Part shown: in pieces, positions 39,778-49,354 of the stretch
Layout of the letters: each line of letters begins with the position of its first letter
Numbering within the stretch: position 1 is the first letter of the stretch
NCBI GenBank assembly: GCA_964567855.1
Contig: CAZMOE010000010.1
Location: forward strand, 7,531-71,530
Length of the DNA: 64,000 bases
Reading direction: 5' to 3'
Source of the DNA: an uncultured Prevotellaceae bacterium
Lineage (GTDB): Bacteria; Bacteroidota; Bacteroidia; Bacteroidales; UBA3663
Program-made: the position numbers and the translations under genes
Notes under the pieces: model-generated
The model's database searches: none
What the model saw: only the letters and a program-made list of their open reading frames with translations
What the model was told of the DNA's origin: nothing

Positions 39778-40129
39778 TGTTGATTTGACAAAGAAAAGAA
39801 TATGATATTCATTTCAAAAGGTATATGGGAGTACCATAGAATCTGATTCGAAAGAAGAGGATGTGCCAGGAATAATAGTGACGATTGATTTTGGCGGCCG
39901 GGTGTCTGGTGTCGAATCGGACAGACCTTCTAATTTTAAGGATTTCCAGTCCTTGATAAGATAGAGCGCTGGTCAGCAAAAGGGTTGCTTGTTTCGGGCA
40001 TATCCTCTCCGACGTTGAATCGTGGGAGAGGATGCTCGGTTTCTCTTGACAGATTTTTATTCTCTATTTGCCTGTTGTTTATCGAAAATATCAATTATCT
40101 ATTATACAATTTAATATTATTTTGAACCG

Positions 40130-42454
40130 ATGAAAAACAAAAGATTCCTGACTGTGCCGGTTATGTGTCTGTTAGGGGCTCCTTTTTTCATTTCGTGTGA
40201 CGACGATTTGTCAGAAGACAGCCACTATGCCATTCCGTCATTCCTGAAAGGCAATGCTTACGAGGTTCTTCAAAAAGACGGTAATTACAAAATCTTTTTG
40301 AAGGGCGTCGATTTGGTTGGCTATAGGGATGTTGTCGACAGCCAGCTGTTAACGGTTGTTGCCCCGTCTGACGAGGCATTCAGAACCTTCTTGCAGAAGA
40401 AGGGGTGTGAAACCATTGAGGAACTTTATGAAAAAGATCCCCAATATGTAACCCAGCTGATAACCTATCATCTTCTTTACTATGCATTTGACTGGGAGAA
40501 GATGGTGAATTTCCGTCCTTTGCAAGGTGATGGGGCCACCGCCGATCAGCGAGAGGTCCAAGCCGGATGTTATAATCGTTATCGTACACGTTGCACGCCT
40601 CCTGATACACGGGCATTCAATTCTTCTCCGTCAGTCAACGATTCTGTGACGGTGTATCACTTGGACCGTATGATGCCGGTGTTTTCATCGAAGTATTTTA
40701 ATACTCTCGATATCGATGCGAAGCGTAATTACGAATATTTCTTTAAGAATTCTACCTGGACGGGTGGCGACTATGCTCCGGGACTTTCCGGTGGTTTCAA
40801 CATTGCCAATGCCAGCGTGACGGATGCCAACAGCGTGATTACCGATAACGGTTATCTGTATCATGTGGATCAGGTCATCGAACCGCTCAAGACCATCTAT
40901 GAAGTATTGCGTGATGAAGAGGATTATAATACTTTCTTTGAACTGTATGATTCATATTCCACGTATGTATTGGATGAGGTAGAGACTCAGAACAGAGGTA
41001 CTGCGGTTTATCTGCATCAGCATAATGGAGTGCCGAATATCGCGTTGGAGTGGTACACGAGCAGTTATCTGAGCTTTGCACAGAATACGCTGCTGGCTTA
41101 TACCTTGTTTGTGCCTACCAATGCTGCAATCAAGACTATGTTTGAGAATTTCTGGAAAGATTCCGGCTATGGAAACGATGTGAAAAATCTCGATCCGTTA
41201 ATTCTTCAGTATTTTATCATGCAGGCTTATGCGAATAATACTCGTGTCTGCTTCCCGGAAGAAATTGAAAAAGAGTTGATTGAAACACCTTTCGGAACTC
41301 TTGTCAATATCGATCCTGATCAGGTATCTGATCCCCGCATGTGCTGTAATGGTGTCATTTACGGTGCCGATAATATGGATGTGCCGGCGATTTTCTCATC
41401 TGTTGCCGGTCCTGCTTTCAAAGACGTACGTTATTTGCCCTATCTCTATGCTTTGAGAGGTTCTGATCTGATGCTTTCTTTGGCTTCCAAGGAGGCAGAC
41501 TTCATCACATTGATTCCGGATACGGCCCAATTTACGGCTGATCGTATGCGTCTCCAGAAAGTTTTGGACTCTAATGAACTTCAGGTTTGGGATGATGAGG
41601 CTGGTGCTTATGTCGCTTTAGGAAGCGGTGTCATGACCAATATGGTGAATATGAACACTTCTACAAATGCTGTGGAATTGAGTACCGATGAGATTCAGGT
41701 TATTGAAACCAATGCTCCATTCAATTATTGGTATGTTTATGACGGCAAGATCACTACCAATGCCCTTTTCAATGAGCAGCTGAATCCTTCTTATACCGGC
41801 GATCCGTTTGTCGCTTTCCATGAAATTAAACGTGGAGAAGATAAAGATTGGGACAACGGTAAGGCTTATTCTTATGATTATCCCGGTATTTTCATGCCTG
41901 CCGATGGCGGAAGGAAGCTGGAGTATGAATTGGCTATCTGTCAGGACAAGAATTATCCTTATTATGTGTTCTCGCAGTTGCTTCGTGCGGCCAATCTGAT
42001 AAAAGACGGAGCTTTCACCGGTTCTCTGACTCTGGATCCGGAAGCGCCGCGTTTTATCGCTATGATTCCGACCAATGAGGCATTCAAAGAAATGATCGGG
42101 GAAATTCCCGGATGTGCCAAATGCTCGTTGGACGCCAATTATAAATTGGTAGGCAGTCCCACTGCAGCAACGTTGGCCGCTTATCTGTGTTCTTATTTCA
42201 TCACAGCCGATCGCAATTCTTTTACCGCTTATCCTTATTTGGGTTCTGTCACGAAAGGAAAGTATGATACGGGCGGAACATTTGGCCTTGAGATCCATGA
42301 CAATGGCGAGGCCCTCTCTGTCGGCTTTTTCGATAAGGCGGGTGACGGCGACGCATCTGACCGAAATATCGTGCCTGTGACCGGAAAGTATCACTATCTG
42401 CCGTTCGCCTACACCGACGGATGTTTCCAGTTGCTTGAGGGTGTATTAAAGTAA
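40130..42454 (+). CDS. Fasciclin-domain lipoprotein (PUL surface protein)
   Basis: Lipobox FISC; FAS1 motifs TVVAPSDEAF, NGYLYHVDQVI, TLFVPTN. Confidence 0.88.
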   Translation: MKNKRFLTVPVMCLLGAPFFISCDDDLSEDSHYAIPSFLKGNAYEVLQKDGNYKIFLKGVDLVGYRDVVDSQLLTVVAPSDEAFRTFLQKKGCETIEELYEKDPQYVTQLITYHLLYYAFDWEKMVNFRPLQGDGATADQREVQAGCYNRYRTRCTPPDTRAFNSSPSVNDSVTVYHLDRMMPVFSSKYFNTLDIDAKRNYEYFFKNSTWTGGDYAPGLSGGFNIANASVTDANSVITDNGYLYHVDQVIEPLKTIYEVLRDEEDYNTFFELYDSYSTYVLDEVETQNRGTAVYLHQHNGVPNIALEWYTSSYLSFAQNTLLAYTLFVPTNAAIKTMFENFWKDSGYGNDVKNLDPLILQYFIMQAYANNTRVCFPEEIEKELIETPFGTLVNIDPDQVSDPRMCCNGVIYGADNMDVPAIFSSVAGPAFKDVRYLPYLYALRGSDLMLSLASKEADFITLIPDTAQFTADRMRLQKVLDSNELQVWDDEAGAYVALGSGVMTNMVNMNTSTNAVELSTDEIQVIETNAPFNYWYVYDGKITTNALFNEQLNPSYTGDPFVAFHEIKRGEDKDWDNGKAYSYDYPGIFMPADGGRKLEYELAICQDKNYPYYVFSQLLRAANLIKDGAFTGSLTLDPEAPRFIAMIPTNEAFKEMIGEIPGCAKCSLDANYKLVGSPTAATLAAYLCSYFITADRNSFTAYPYLGSVTKGKYDTGGTFGLEIHDNGEALSVGFFDKAGDGDASDRNIVPVTGKYHYLPFAYTDGCFQLLEGVLK

Positions 42455-42467
42455 GGAGGGCTTGAAT

Positions 42468-45400
42468 ATGAAGAATATAATATTAAAAGCAATGAACATT
42501 AATAAAATAGTCGGCATGTTAAAGAGCGCCGCGGCTATCGTCTTCATGATAGTCGGTACTGCTTTTGGCTTTGCTCAGAACAAAACCATGACCGGTAATG
42601 TCTCCGAGGATCTAGGGGGCATGAAAGAACCTATCTATGGTGCTAACGTCGTTGTGGTGAATGCCTCCAATCGTACTTTGACCGGTGCTATCACCGATTT
42701 GAACGGTGACTACATTCTTTCTATTCCTGCCGGAGAGAAGAATCTGCGTATTCAGATTTCATTCATCGGTATGAAAACCCAGGTTTTCGAATATAAGGGA
42801 CAGACCAAGCTTGACGTTCAGCTGGAAAGCGATTCCAAGATGCTGGCTGCCGTAGAGGTCACTACGAAAAAGATCGAACGTGACCAGATGGGTGTTTCTT
42901 TCAAAGAGCAGACCTCCGCTACGCAGAAGATCATGATGTCCGAGATTACGGAAACCGCTCCGGTCTCCTCTATCGAAGAGGCCTTGCAGGGCCAGATGGC
43001 CGGTGTGGATATTATTATGGGTGGCGACCCTGGTGCAAAGAGCGCCATTCGTATCCGTGGTACGAGCACGCTGTCATCTTCGGCAGAACCGTTGATTGTT
43101 GTCGACGGTATTCCGGTTTCTGCTAATATCGACGAGAGTTTCGACTTTTCTTCTGCCAATGAAGACGATTTCGGAGCATTGCTGAATATTTCTCCCGCTG
43201 ATATCGAGTCTATCGAAGTGTTGAAGGACGCTTCCGCCACGGCCATTTATGGTACTGCCGGCGGTAACGGTGTTCTTCTCATCAATACGAAGAAAGGTGT
43301 TTCCGGTAAAACGAATTTCTCTTTCTCTTCTAAATTCTCTATCAAGGAAGAGCCTTCTACCATTCCGTTGTTGAATGGCAAGCAGTATATTTCCATGATT
43401 GAAGACGCTATCTGGAACACCGGAAACTCTTTGGGTTTGACCAACGCTTCGGTGACAGAACTTCTTTTCAATACGAAAGAATTGTTGCGTGATCCGACTT
43501 ACAGGTATTATCATGAATATAATGTAGATACCGACTGGCTGGACGAAGTACGTCAGAGTGCCTGGTCTTGGGATAACAGTCTTTCCATAACCGGTGGTGG
43601 TGACAAGGCTACCTATCGCTTCTCTCTCAACTACCTGGATGACGTTGGTACTACTATCGGAACGGAGATGACGCGTCTGACCGCTAAACTTCGTGTCGAT
43701 TACAAATTCTCCGATGCTTTGCAGGTGTATACAGACTTCTCCTATACCGATACGGATAAAGACGCCAATGCTGTAGAAAACGCTCGTGCCGGAGCTCAGA
43801 CCAAGATGCCGAATCAGAGTCCGTATTATATGAATGCAGACGGCACGCGTACCTCTTCTTATTTCACGCCCACAGAAAACTTCCAGGGAACTTTTGACGG
43901 TGTCAATAATAAAAATAATGCAGACGGTACGTTCAACCCTGTTGCTATGGTGCACGACGGATATAAGAATACTTCTGTCCGTGAGGAGAAAATGAACATC
44001 ACAGTCCGCTACCAATTCCCGTTCCGGTTGCAGTATGAAGGTTATGTCGCCATGACCATGAAGCAGACCAATACCGACACATTCCTGCCGCAGTCGGCAA
44101 CGGGTGTGATATGGACCGATGATTGGGCTAACCGGAGCACAGAGGATATTACCGACAATTTCTCTCTGCAGACACAGAATAAATTCATGTATAGTAATAC
44201 ATTCGCCGAGAAGCATAGTTTGATCGGAACTGCAATGATCCGTACCACCTCTTCTCATTCTTCTTCTGCGTCCAATGTTACTGCCGGCAATGTGTCTTTG
44301 GATCTTTCCGATCCGGCTATCGGCAGTCGCGTGGTGAAAGTCGGCTCTGGTGAGTCTGAGAACCGCAAGGTGGAAATGATCGGACAGATGGTCTATACTT
44401 TTGACGATCGTTACGTATTGCGTGGAACCGTCAACCGTGAAGGTAACTCTTCCATGGGTAAGGATAAACGTTTCGGTACGTTCCCCTCTTTGGGTCTGGC
44501 CTGGAATGTCTACAACGAATCCTGGATGGAAAATCAGGAATGGATGACAGAGGGTAAGGTCCGTGTCGGATGGGGTATGAGTGGTACCGCACCTTCCAGC
44601 GGTTACTATTATCTGGGTGCATTCTCTGCCATGGGTTCTTATATGGACATGTCGGCAATTCAACCCAGCCGTATGCAATTGGATAAATTGAAGTGGGAAT
44701 CTTCTGAAGAATGGGACTTTGGTGTCGACCTCCGTCTCTTTGACCGTTTCGGCTTCACGTTCGACTATTATGACAAATATACCAAGGACTGTCTGATCAA
44801 GGATGTCGATGTGCCTTCGACAACCGGTTACGGCAAAATCAAATTCATGAACTCCGGTGAGCTGAGCAACAAGGGTTACGAAGCTCGTTTCGATTATGAC
44901 ATCTTCAAGAACAAGACCTGGAAAGTTTCCATGAACTTCAACGTGGCCCGTAACATCAACAAAGTGGAAGAAATTCCTGATAACTATGATGTTGAGGAAG
45001 ACGGCGGAAGCTATTCGTTCGGTAACGGCCGGTATGCTACCCGCGTAGTCAAGGGTGACCCGATCGGATCTTTCTATGGTTATCGTTACAAAGGCGTTTA
45101 CCAGAATACGGAGGATACCTATGCTATCGATGCCAAAGGCAATATCATGCGTGACTTCGATGGTAACCGTGTCATTATGCGCAATGGCAATACAATGGTA
45201 TTCCCGGGTGATGCCAAATATGAAGACATCAACCATGACGGTGTTATTAATGAAAGCGATATCGTTTACCTCGGCAACTCCAATCCTAAGTTGACCGGCG
45301 GTGGCGGTTTCACTATCAGCTATACGGATAAGAAAGTCGGTTCTTTTGTGTTGACCACCTTCTTCCATGGTCGTATAGGACAGAAAGTTGTCAATTCGGC

Positions 45401-45794
45401 CCGTATGAATATGGAGAATATGTATTCTACTTCCAACCAGAGTACGGCTGTGTTGAGCCGCTGGCGTAATGAAGGTGATGATACCGATATCCCCCGCGCC
45501 CTCTATGGCATGGGATACAACTATCTCGGTTCTGATCGTTTCGTAGAAGACGCCTCTTATGTCCGTCTTAAGACTCTATCTCTCTCCTGGCGTTTGCCGA
45601 AACGTTGGTTGCAGCCGGTGGGTATCAATGGTATGAATGTGTTTGTGACCGGTTATGACCTGATCACATGGACAGGTTACTCCGGACAGAATCCTGAGGT
45701 TTCGTTGCCATCTAAAGCTACGGAACTTGTGAAGGATAACTCTTCGACCCCTGTTTCCAAGCGCTTTGCTTGCGGTATCAATATTAACTTCTGA
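42468..45794 (+). CDS. susC: SusC/RagA TonB-dependent transporter
   Basis: IRIRG, PLIVVDG, DIESIEVLKDASATAIYG..NGV, LKWE, EDASYVRLK, terminal F. Confidence 0.97.
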   Translation: MKNIILKAMNINKIVGMLKSAAAIVFMIVGTAFGFAQNKTMTGNVSEDLGGMKEPIYGANVVVVNASNRTLTGAITDLNGDYILSIPAGEKNLRIQISFIGMKTQVFEYKGQTKLDVQLESDSKMLAAVEVTTKKIERDQMGVSFKEQTSATQKIMMSEITETAPVSSIEEALQGQMAGVDIIMGGDPGAKSAIRIRGTSTLSSSAEPLIVVDGIPVSANIDESFDFSSANEDDFGALLNISPADIESIEVLKDASATAIYGTAGGNGVLLINTKKGVSGKTNFSFSSKFSIKEEPSTIPLLNGKQYISMIEDAIWNTGNSLGLTNASVTELLFNTKELLRDPTYRYYHEYNVDTDWLDEVRQSAWSWDNSLSITGGGDKATYRFSLNYLDDVGTTIGTEMTRLTAKLRVDYKFSDALQVYTDFSYTDTDKDANAVENARAGAQTKMPNQSPYYMNADGTRTSSYFTPTENFQGTFDGVNNKNNADGTFNPVAMVHDGYKNTSVREEKMNITVRYQFPFRLQYEGYVAMTMKQTNTDTFLPQSATGVIWTDDWANRSTEDITDNFSLQTQNKFMYSNTFAEKHSLIGTAMIRTTSSHSSSASNVTAGNVSLDLSDPAIGSRVVKVGSGESENRKVEMIGQMVYTFDDRYVLRGTVNREGNSSMGKDKRFGTFPSLGLAWNVYNESWMENQEWMTEGKVRVGWGMSGTAPSSGYYYLGAFSAMGSYMDMSAIQPSRMQLDKLKWESSEEWDFGVDLRLFDRFGFTFDYYDKYTKDCLIKDVDVPSTTGYGKIKFMNSGELSNKGYEARFDYDIFKNKTWKVSMNFNVARNINKVEEIPDNYDVEEDGGSYSFGNGRYATRVVKGDPIGSFYGYRYKGVYQNTEDTYAIDAKGNIMRDFDGNRVIMRNGNTMVFPGDAKYEDINHDGVINESDIVYLGNSNPKLTGGGGFTISYTDKKVGSFVLTTFFHGRIGQKVVNSARMNMENMYSTSNQSTAVLSRWRNEGDDTDIPRALYGMGYNYLGSDRFVEDASYVRLKTLSLSWRLPKRWLQPVGINGMNVFVTGYDLITWTGYSGQNPEVSLPSKATELVKDNSSTPVSKRFACGININF

Positions 45795-45857
45795 TCCTGA
45801 TCTATCACATGCAATAGGAAAGAGGTTATAAACACTTCATTATTAAAATAAGAAATT

Positions 45858-47444
45858 ATGCGAAAGACAATATATTCAATTATGGCGGCAGCATCTTTGC
45901 TGGTCTCGACCACCGGTTGTAATGACTGGCTCGATTTGCTGCCCAACAATGAGCAGGTGTCCGACGATTATTGGAAATCGAAAGAGGATGTCGAAGCTGT
46001 TGTTGCTTCCGGCTATGTTTATATGCGTAAGTGTGTCCCATCTTTACTTGCATGGGGAGAATTACGCGGCGGTTCTTTGTATACCCGTCAGATAGACAAT
46101 GCCGGAAAGATTCAGAATTTCGATATTCTTCCTACCAATGGTGGATGTAATTATTCGACGTTTTACCAAGTGATCGGCATGGCCAATTCCGTGCTGGATT
46201 ATGCACCCGGAGTTACCTCCATCGATGATACTTATTATGAGTCTATTCTGAATTCTCATCTTTGCGAGGCTTATTTCTTGCGTGCCTATAGTTATTTGAC
46301 TTTGGTCAAGAATTTCAAGGAGGTTCCGTTGGTTGTCAGTGCCTACGTCAACGACAAAGCTTCTTTCTCATTGGCCAAATCCAGTGAGGAGGAGATTATC
46401 GCTCAGATCAAGAAAGATGTGCGTGCCGCTCTGGCTACGGGTGCCGCCAAGTCTTATTATGAAACCGAGTGGGCCACCTATGGCCGCGTTACCAAGTGGG
46501 CGCTTTATGCTTTGATGGCTGACGTTGCGTTGTGGAATCATGATTATGATGAATGTATCGCTTACTGCGATTCTATTCTGAATCCAACCGATCCCCGTCA
46601 CCCGGCTTTTATCGACAACACTGCTCGTTGGTTTGAAATTTTCTATCCCGGCAATAGCAATGAATCTATTTTTGAGCTGAATTGGGACCAGATTTATGGT
46701 GACGATAACAAGAGTAATGGTTTTGTCGGTAAATTCCCTCTCACGGCTTCCGCAGATGCCTATCTTCCGACTGAAGGGGCCATGGAGTTGATGCGCAATG
46801 AAGTAGAAGAATTGGAAGCTGCCGGCATGTCGACTGATGGCCGTATGGGCCGTATGCTGATGTCTACTTTCGTATGCGGTACTACCAACGACCAGAACAA
46901 GAATTATAAGACTGCAAACACTTATTACATCTATAAATATCGGGGAACCGATGTTGAAGATGTCGGTAACTTGCGTACAGCCAACGATGCCAACTTCATA
47001 CTCTATCGTGTGGCCGAAATCATGTTGATGAAGGCCGAGGCTTTGGTAATGAAAGGAAAGGAGCATTATGAAGAAGCTGTGACTTTGATCAACAAGATCC
47101 GCAACCGTGCCGGAATATCCGACTTTATGGATCTTTCCGAGGTTTCAGAGGCTGCAGATGAGCTCACCCTGCTGACTGAAATTCTGAATCAGCGCGAGTT
47201 GGAGTTCATGGCAGAAGGAAAGCGCTGGTATGACCTGCTGCGTCTGGCCCGTTATGACAATGGAGAGAACCAGTATAAGGAACGGGCAATCTCCATCATT
47301 TGTGAACGCAACAGGACAACCAGTTCGATCCGTATTCAGACGGTGTTAGCAGACGATTATGCCTGGTATCTGCCGCTTCCGGATGCTGATATAAAGAGCA
47401 ACCGTTTGCTTGAACAGAATCCTTATTATGAAACTACCAATTAA
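45858..47444 (+). CDS. susD: SusD/RagB lipoprotein
   Basis: TGC lipobox, EAYFLRAY, R.AE..L.KAEA, IRNRAG, RELEFMAEGKRWYDL, QNPYY. Confidence 0.96.
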   Translation: MRKTIYSIMAAASLLVSTTGCNDWLDLLPNNEQVSDDYWKSKEDVEAVVASGYVYMRKCVPSLLAWGELRGGSLYTRQIDNAGKIQNFDILPTNGGCNYSTFYQVIGMANSVLDYAPGVTSIDDTYYESILNSHLCEAYFLRAYSYLTLVKNFKEVPLVVSAYVNDKASFSLAKSSEEEIIAQIKKDVRAALATGAAKSYYETEWATYGRVTKWALYALMADVALWNHDYDECIAYCDSILNPTDPRHPAFIDNTARWFEIFYPGNSNESIFELNWDQIYGDDNKSNGFVGKFPLTASADAYLPTEGAMELMRNEVEELEAAGMSTDGRMGRMLMSTFVCGTTNDQNKNYKTANTYYIYKYRGTDVEDVGNLRTANDANFILYRVAEIMLMKAEALVMKGKEHYEEAVTLINKIRNRAGISDFMDLSEVSEAADELTLLTEILNQRELEFMAEGKRWYDLLRLARYDNGENQYKERAISIICERNRTTSSIRIQTVLADDYAWYLPLPDADIKSNRLLEQNPYYETTN

Positions 47445-47450
47445 ATTTGA

Positions 47451-49256
47451 ATGTTTATGAAGACAAAAGAAATATGGAAAGGTTTCGGTTGTTTGGCCGC
47501 CGTTGTGCTGTCGACCGGTTGTCTTGCCTCCTGTGATGCCGATGTCTGGAGCTTGAACGATGACAATCAGGGCGTCTACAAGGCCACCCTTCAGGAACCG
47601 ATTGCTACCTACCTGGATAGTCAGGAAGATTTCAGCGAATGGGTGAAAGTCTTGAATTATACCGATTACTATGGAACGTTGAATCAGGGTAGTCAGGTGG
47701 CTTTCACACATATCGCCCCGAACAATACTGCCATGTCCCGTTTCTATGCGGATTGTGGAGTGGCCGGTATCGAGGATCTGGGTTTGGAATACGCTCAGGC
47801 ATTGGTGAAACATCATACGATCGACACCGACTCTATCAAGTTTATCGAGAAATTCAATTCTTCCTCAGTGAAAAATGTCATTGTAGAGAATGTTTTTGAA
47901 GAGAGTATGACTGTGGCTGTCGACCCGACTTCCGTGGGATTCCTTTTGAATGGACAAGTTCATTTCTCCAGCGATTATGTGGCAGCCGCCAACGGATTCA
48001 TTTATGAGGCCGACGGAGTTTCCTCCCCGCTCGTGGAAACTGTGACCGACCGGGTGAATGCAGATCCTGCTTACAGCATCATGGCCGAGGCCTTGCGGGC
48101 TACCGGATATGATGTCGTGCTGAATACACTGGCCGATACGGTTATTGAAATGGGGCGTCCGATTATAACCCGATATAAATATACGCTCCTGACCGTTTCC
48201 GACGAAACGTTTGCAAAAGTTGATATTACGGATTTGGAAAGTCTGAAACAGAAATTGACCGAACGTTATCAAAGCCAGGCTTCCGGTAATGAGGAAATTA
48301 GTGCAGATTCCCTGTTGAAACAGTATGTGCAGTATCATTTGCTGGAAGGAAGCTATTCTTCTATGGATCTTTCCGCTATGATCGGTAGCGATACGGTACG
48401 TATCTGGTCCACTTGCGCACCGAATCAGATCCTGACAATGACCCAGCATATCGCTAAAGTCGATACAGTGACACTGGATGCCGAATTGCAGGAAACGTTG
48501 GGTGTCGAATATCGAGTGGATACATTCTACCAGGTCTGCATCAATGAGGAGGATGTTCCTACTTATATCGGAGTCATGCGCAATGATCAGGCGATGATCA
48601 ATATTGCAGCCCGCAACGGCGAAGTCCATGAAGTTTCATCTTGGCTTCCGATTTATGAGCCGAAGCCGGCTGTCGTGGTATGGGATTTGGCCGATAATGC
48701 CAAGATCCGTGCTAAGGCAGGACTTTTCTATCGTCCGGCTGATCCTGTATCTTCAGAAGAAAAGATTCTTATTGCGGATTGTTTTGAGGAGTTGGAAATG
48801 GGATCTTCCGGAACGAGCAACAATAATTATTATTCTGCTACCTATGTGACCTGTAAGAGTAATTTAAAGAAGTGTCTCAACTATGACCGAGTTGTCTTCA
48901 ATCTGGGATATCAGGGATATGTCACGATGAAGACTCCGACTCTGGTGCGTGGTAAATACAAAGTTACCATTTCCATAGTTTACCTCACAGAACAGGCTTT
49001 CATCCGTACATCCAATGGTAGTAAAGGCGGTATGATGAAGATTTCTTTCGATGGGAATGCTCCTATCATATCTTCTCCCTATACGACGATTACCAAATCT
49101 ACGCTCGGGGTATATGAGGCCACGCTTTACGATGAGATCGAGTTTACAGAAACATCGTCTCACCTCCTCAAGTTTGTTGTGATGGATCCTGCTGCCAGCA
49201 CGAACAACAAGTTCAGTCTCCAGTTCGATGCAATCACATTCACACCCATCGAATAA
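47451..49256 (+). CDS. Fasciclin-domain lipoprotein
   Basis: LASC lipobox; APNNTA, ANGFIY and NGEVHEV FAS1 motifs. Confidence 0.85.
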   Translation: MFMKTKEIWKGFGCLAAVVLSTGCLASCDADVWSLNDDNQGVYKATLQEPIATYLDSQEDFSEWVKVLNYTDYYGTLNQGSQVAFTHIAPNNTAMSRFYADCGVAGIEDLGLEYAQALVKHHTIDTDSIKFIEKFNSSSVKNVIVENVFEESMTVAVDPTSVGFLLNGQVHFSSDYVAAANGFIYEADGVSSPLVETVTDRVNADPAYSIMAEALRATGYDVVLNTLADTVIEMGRPIITRYKYTLLTVSDETFAKVDITDLESLKQKLTERYQSQASGNEEISADSLLKQYVQYHLLEGSYSSMDLSAMIGSDTVRIWSTCAPNQILTMTQHIAKVDTVTLDAELQETLGVEYRVDTFYQVCINEEDVPTYIGVMRNDQAMINIAARNGEVHEVSSWLPIYEPKPAVVVWDLADNAKIRAKAGLFYRPADPVSSEEKILIADCFEELEMGSSGTSNNNYYSATYVTCKSNLKKCLNYDRVVFNLGYQGYVTMKTPTLVRGKYKVTISIVYLTEQAFIRTSNGSKGGMMKISFDGNAPIISSPYTTITKSTLGVYEATLYDEIEFTETSSHLLKFVVMDPAASTNNKFSLQFDAITFTPIE

Positions 49257-49354
49257 TGACAACAGACGGGATTACAGGCCGGACCGGAGGTCTCGGAATT
49301 TCCGGTCGGGCTTGTAAAGACTGCCTATTTTCAGGTAATTAAATAATAAATATA

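Noticed and set aside
43074-45368. 764-aa minus-strand ORF
   Set aside because: Shadow of susC; no family motifs.
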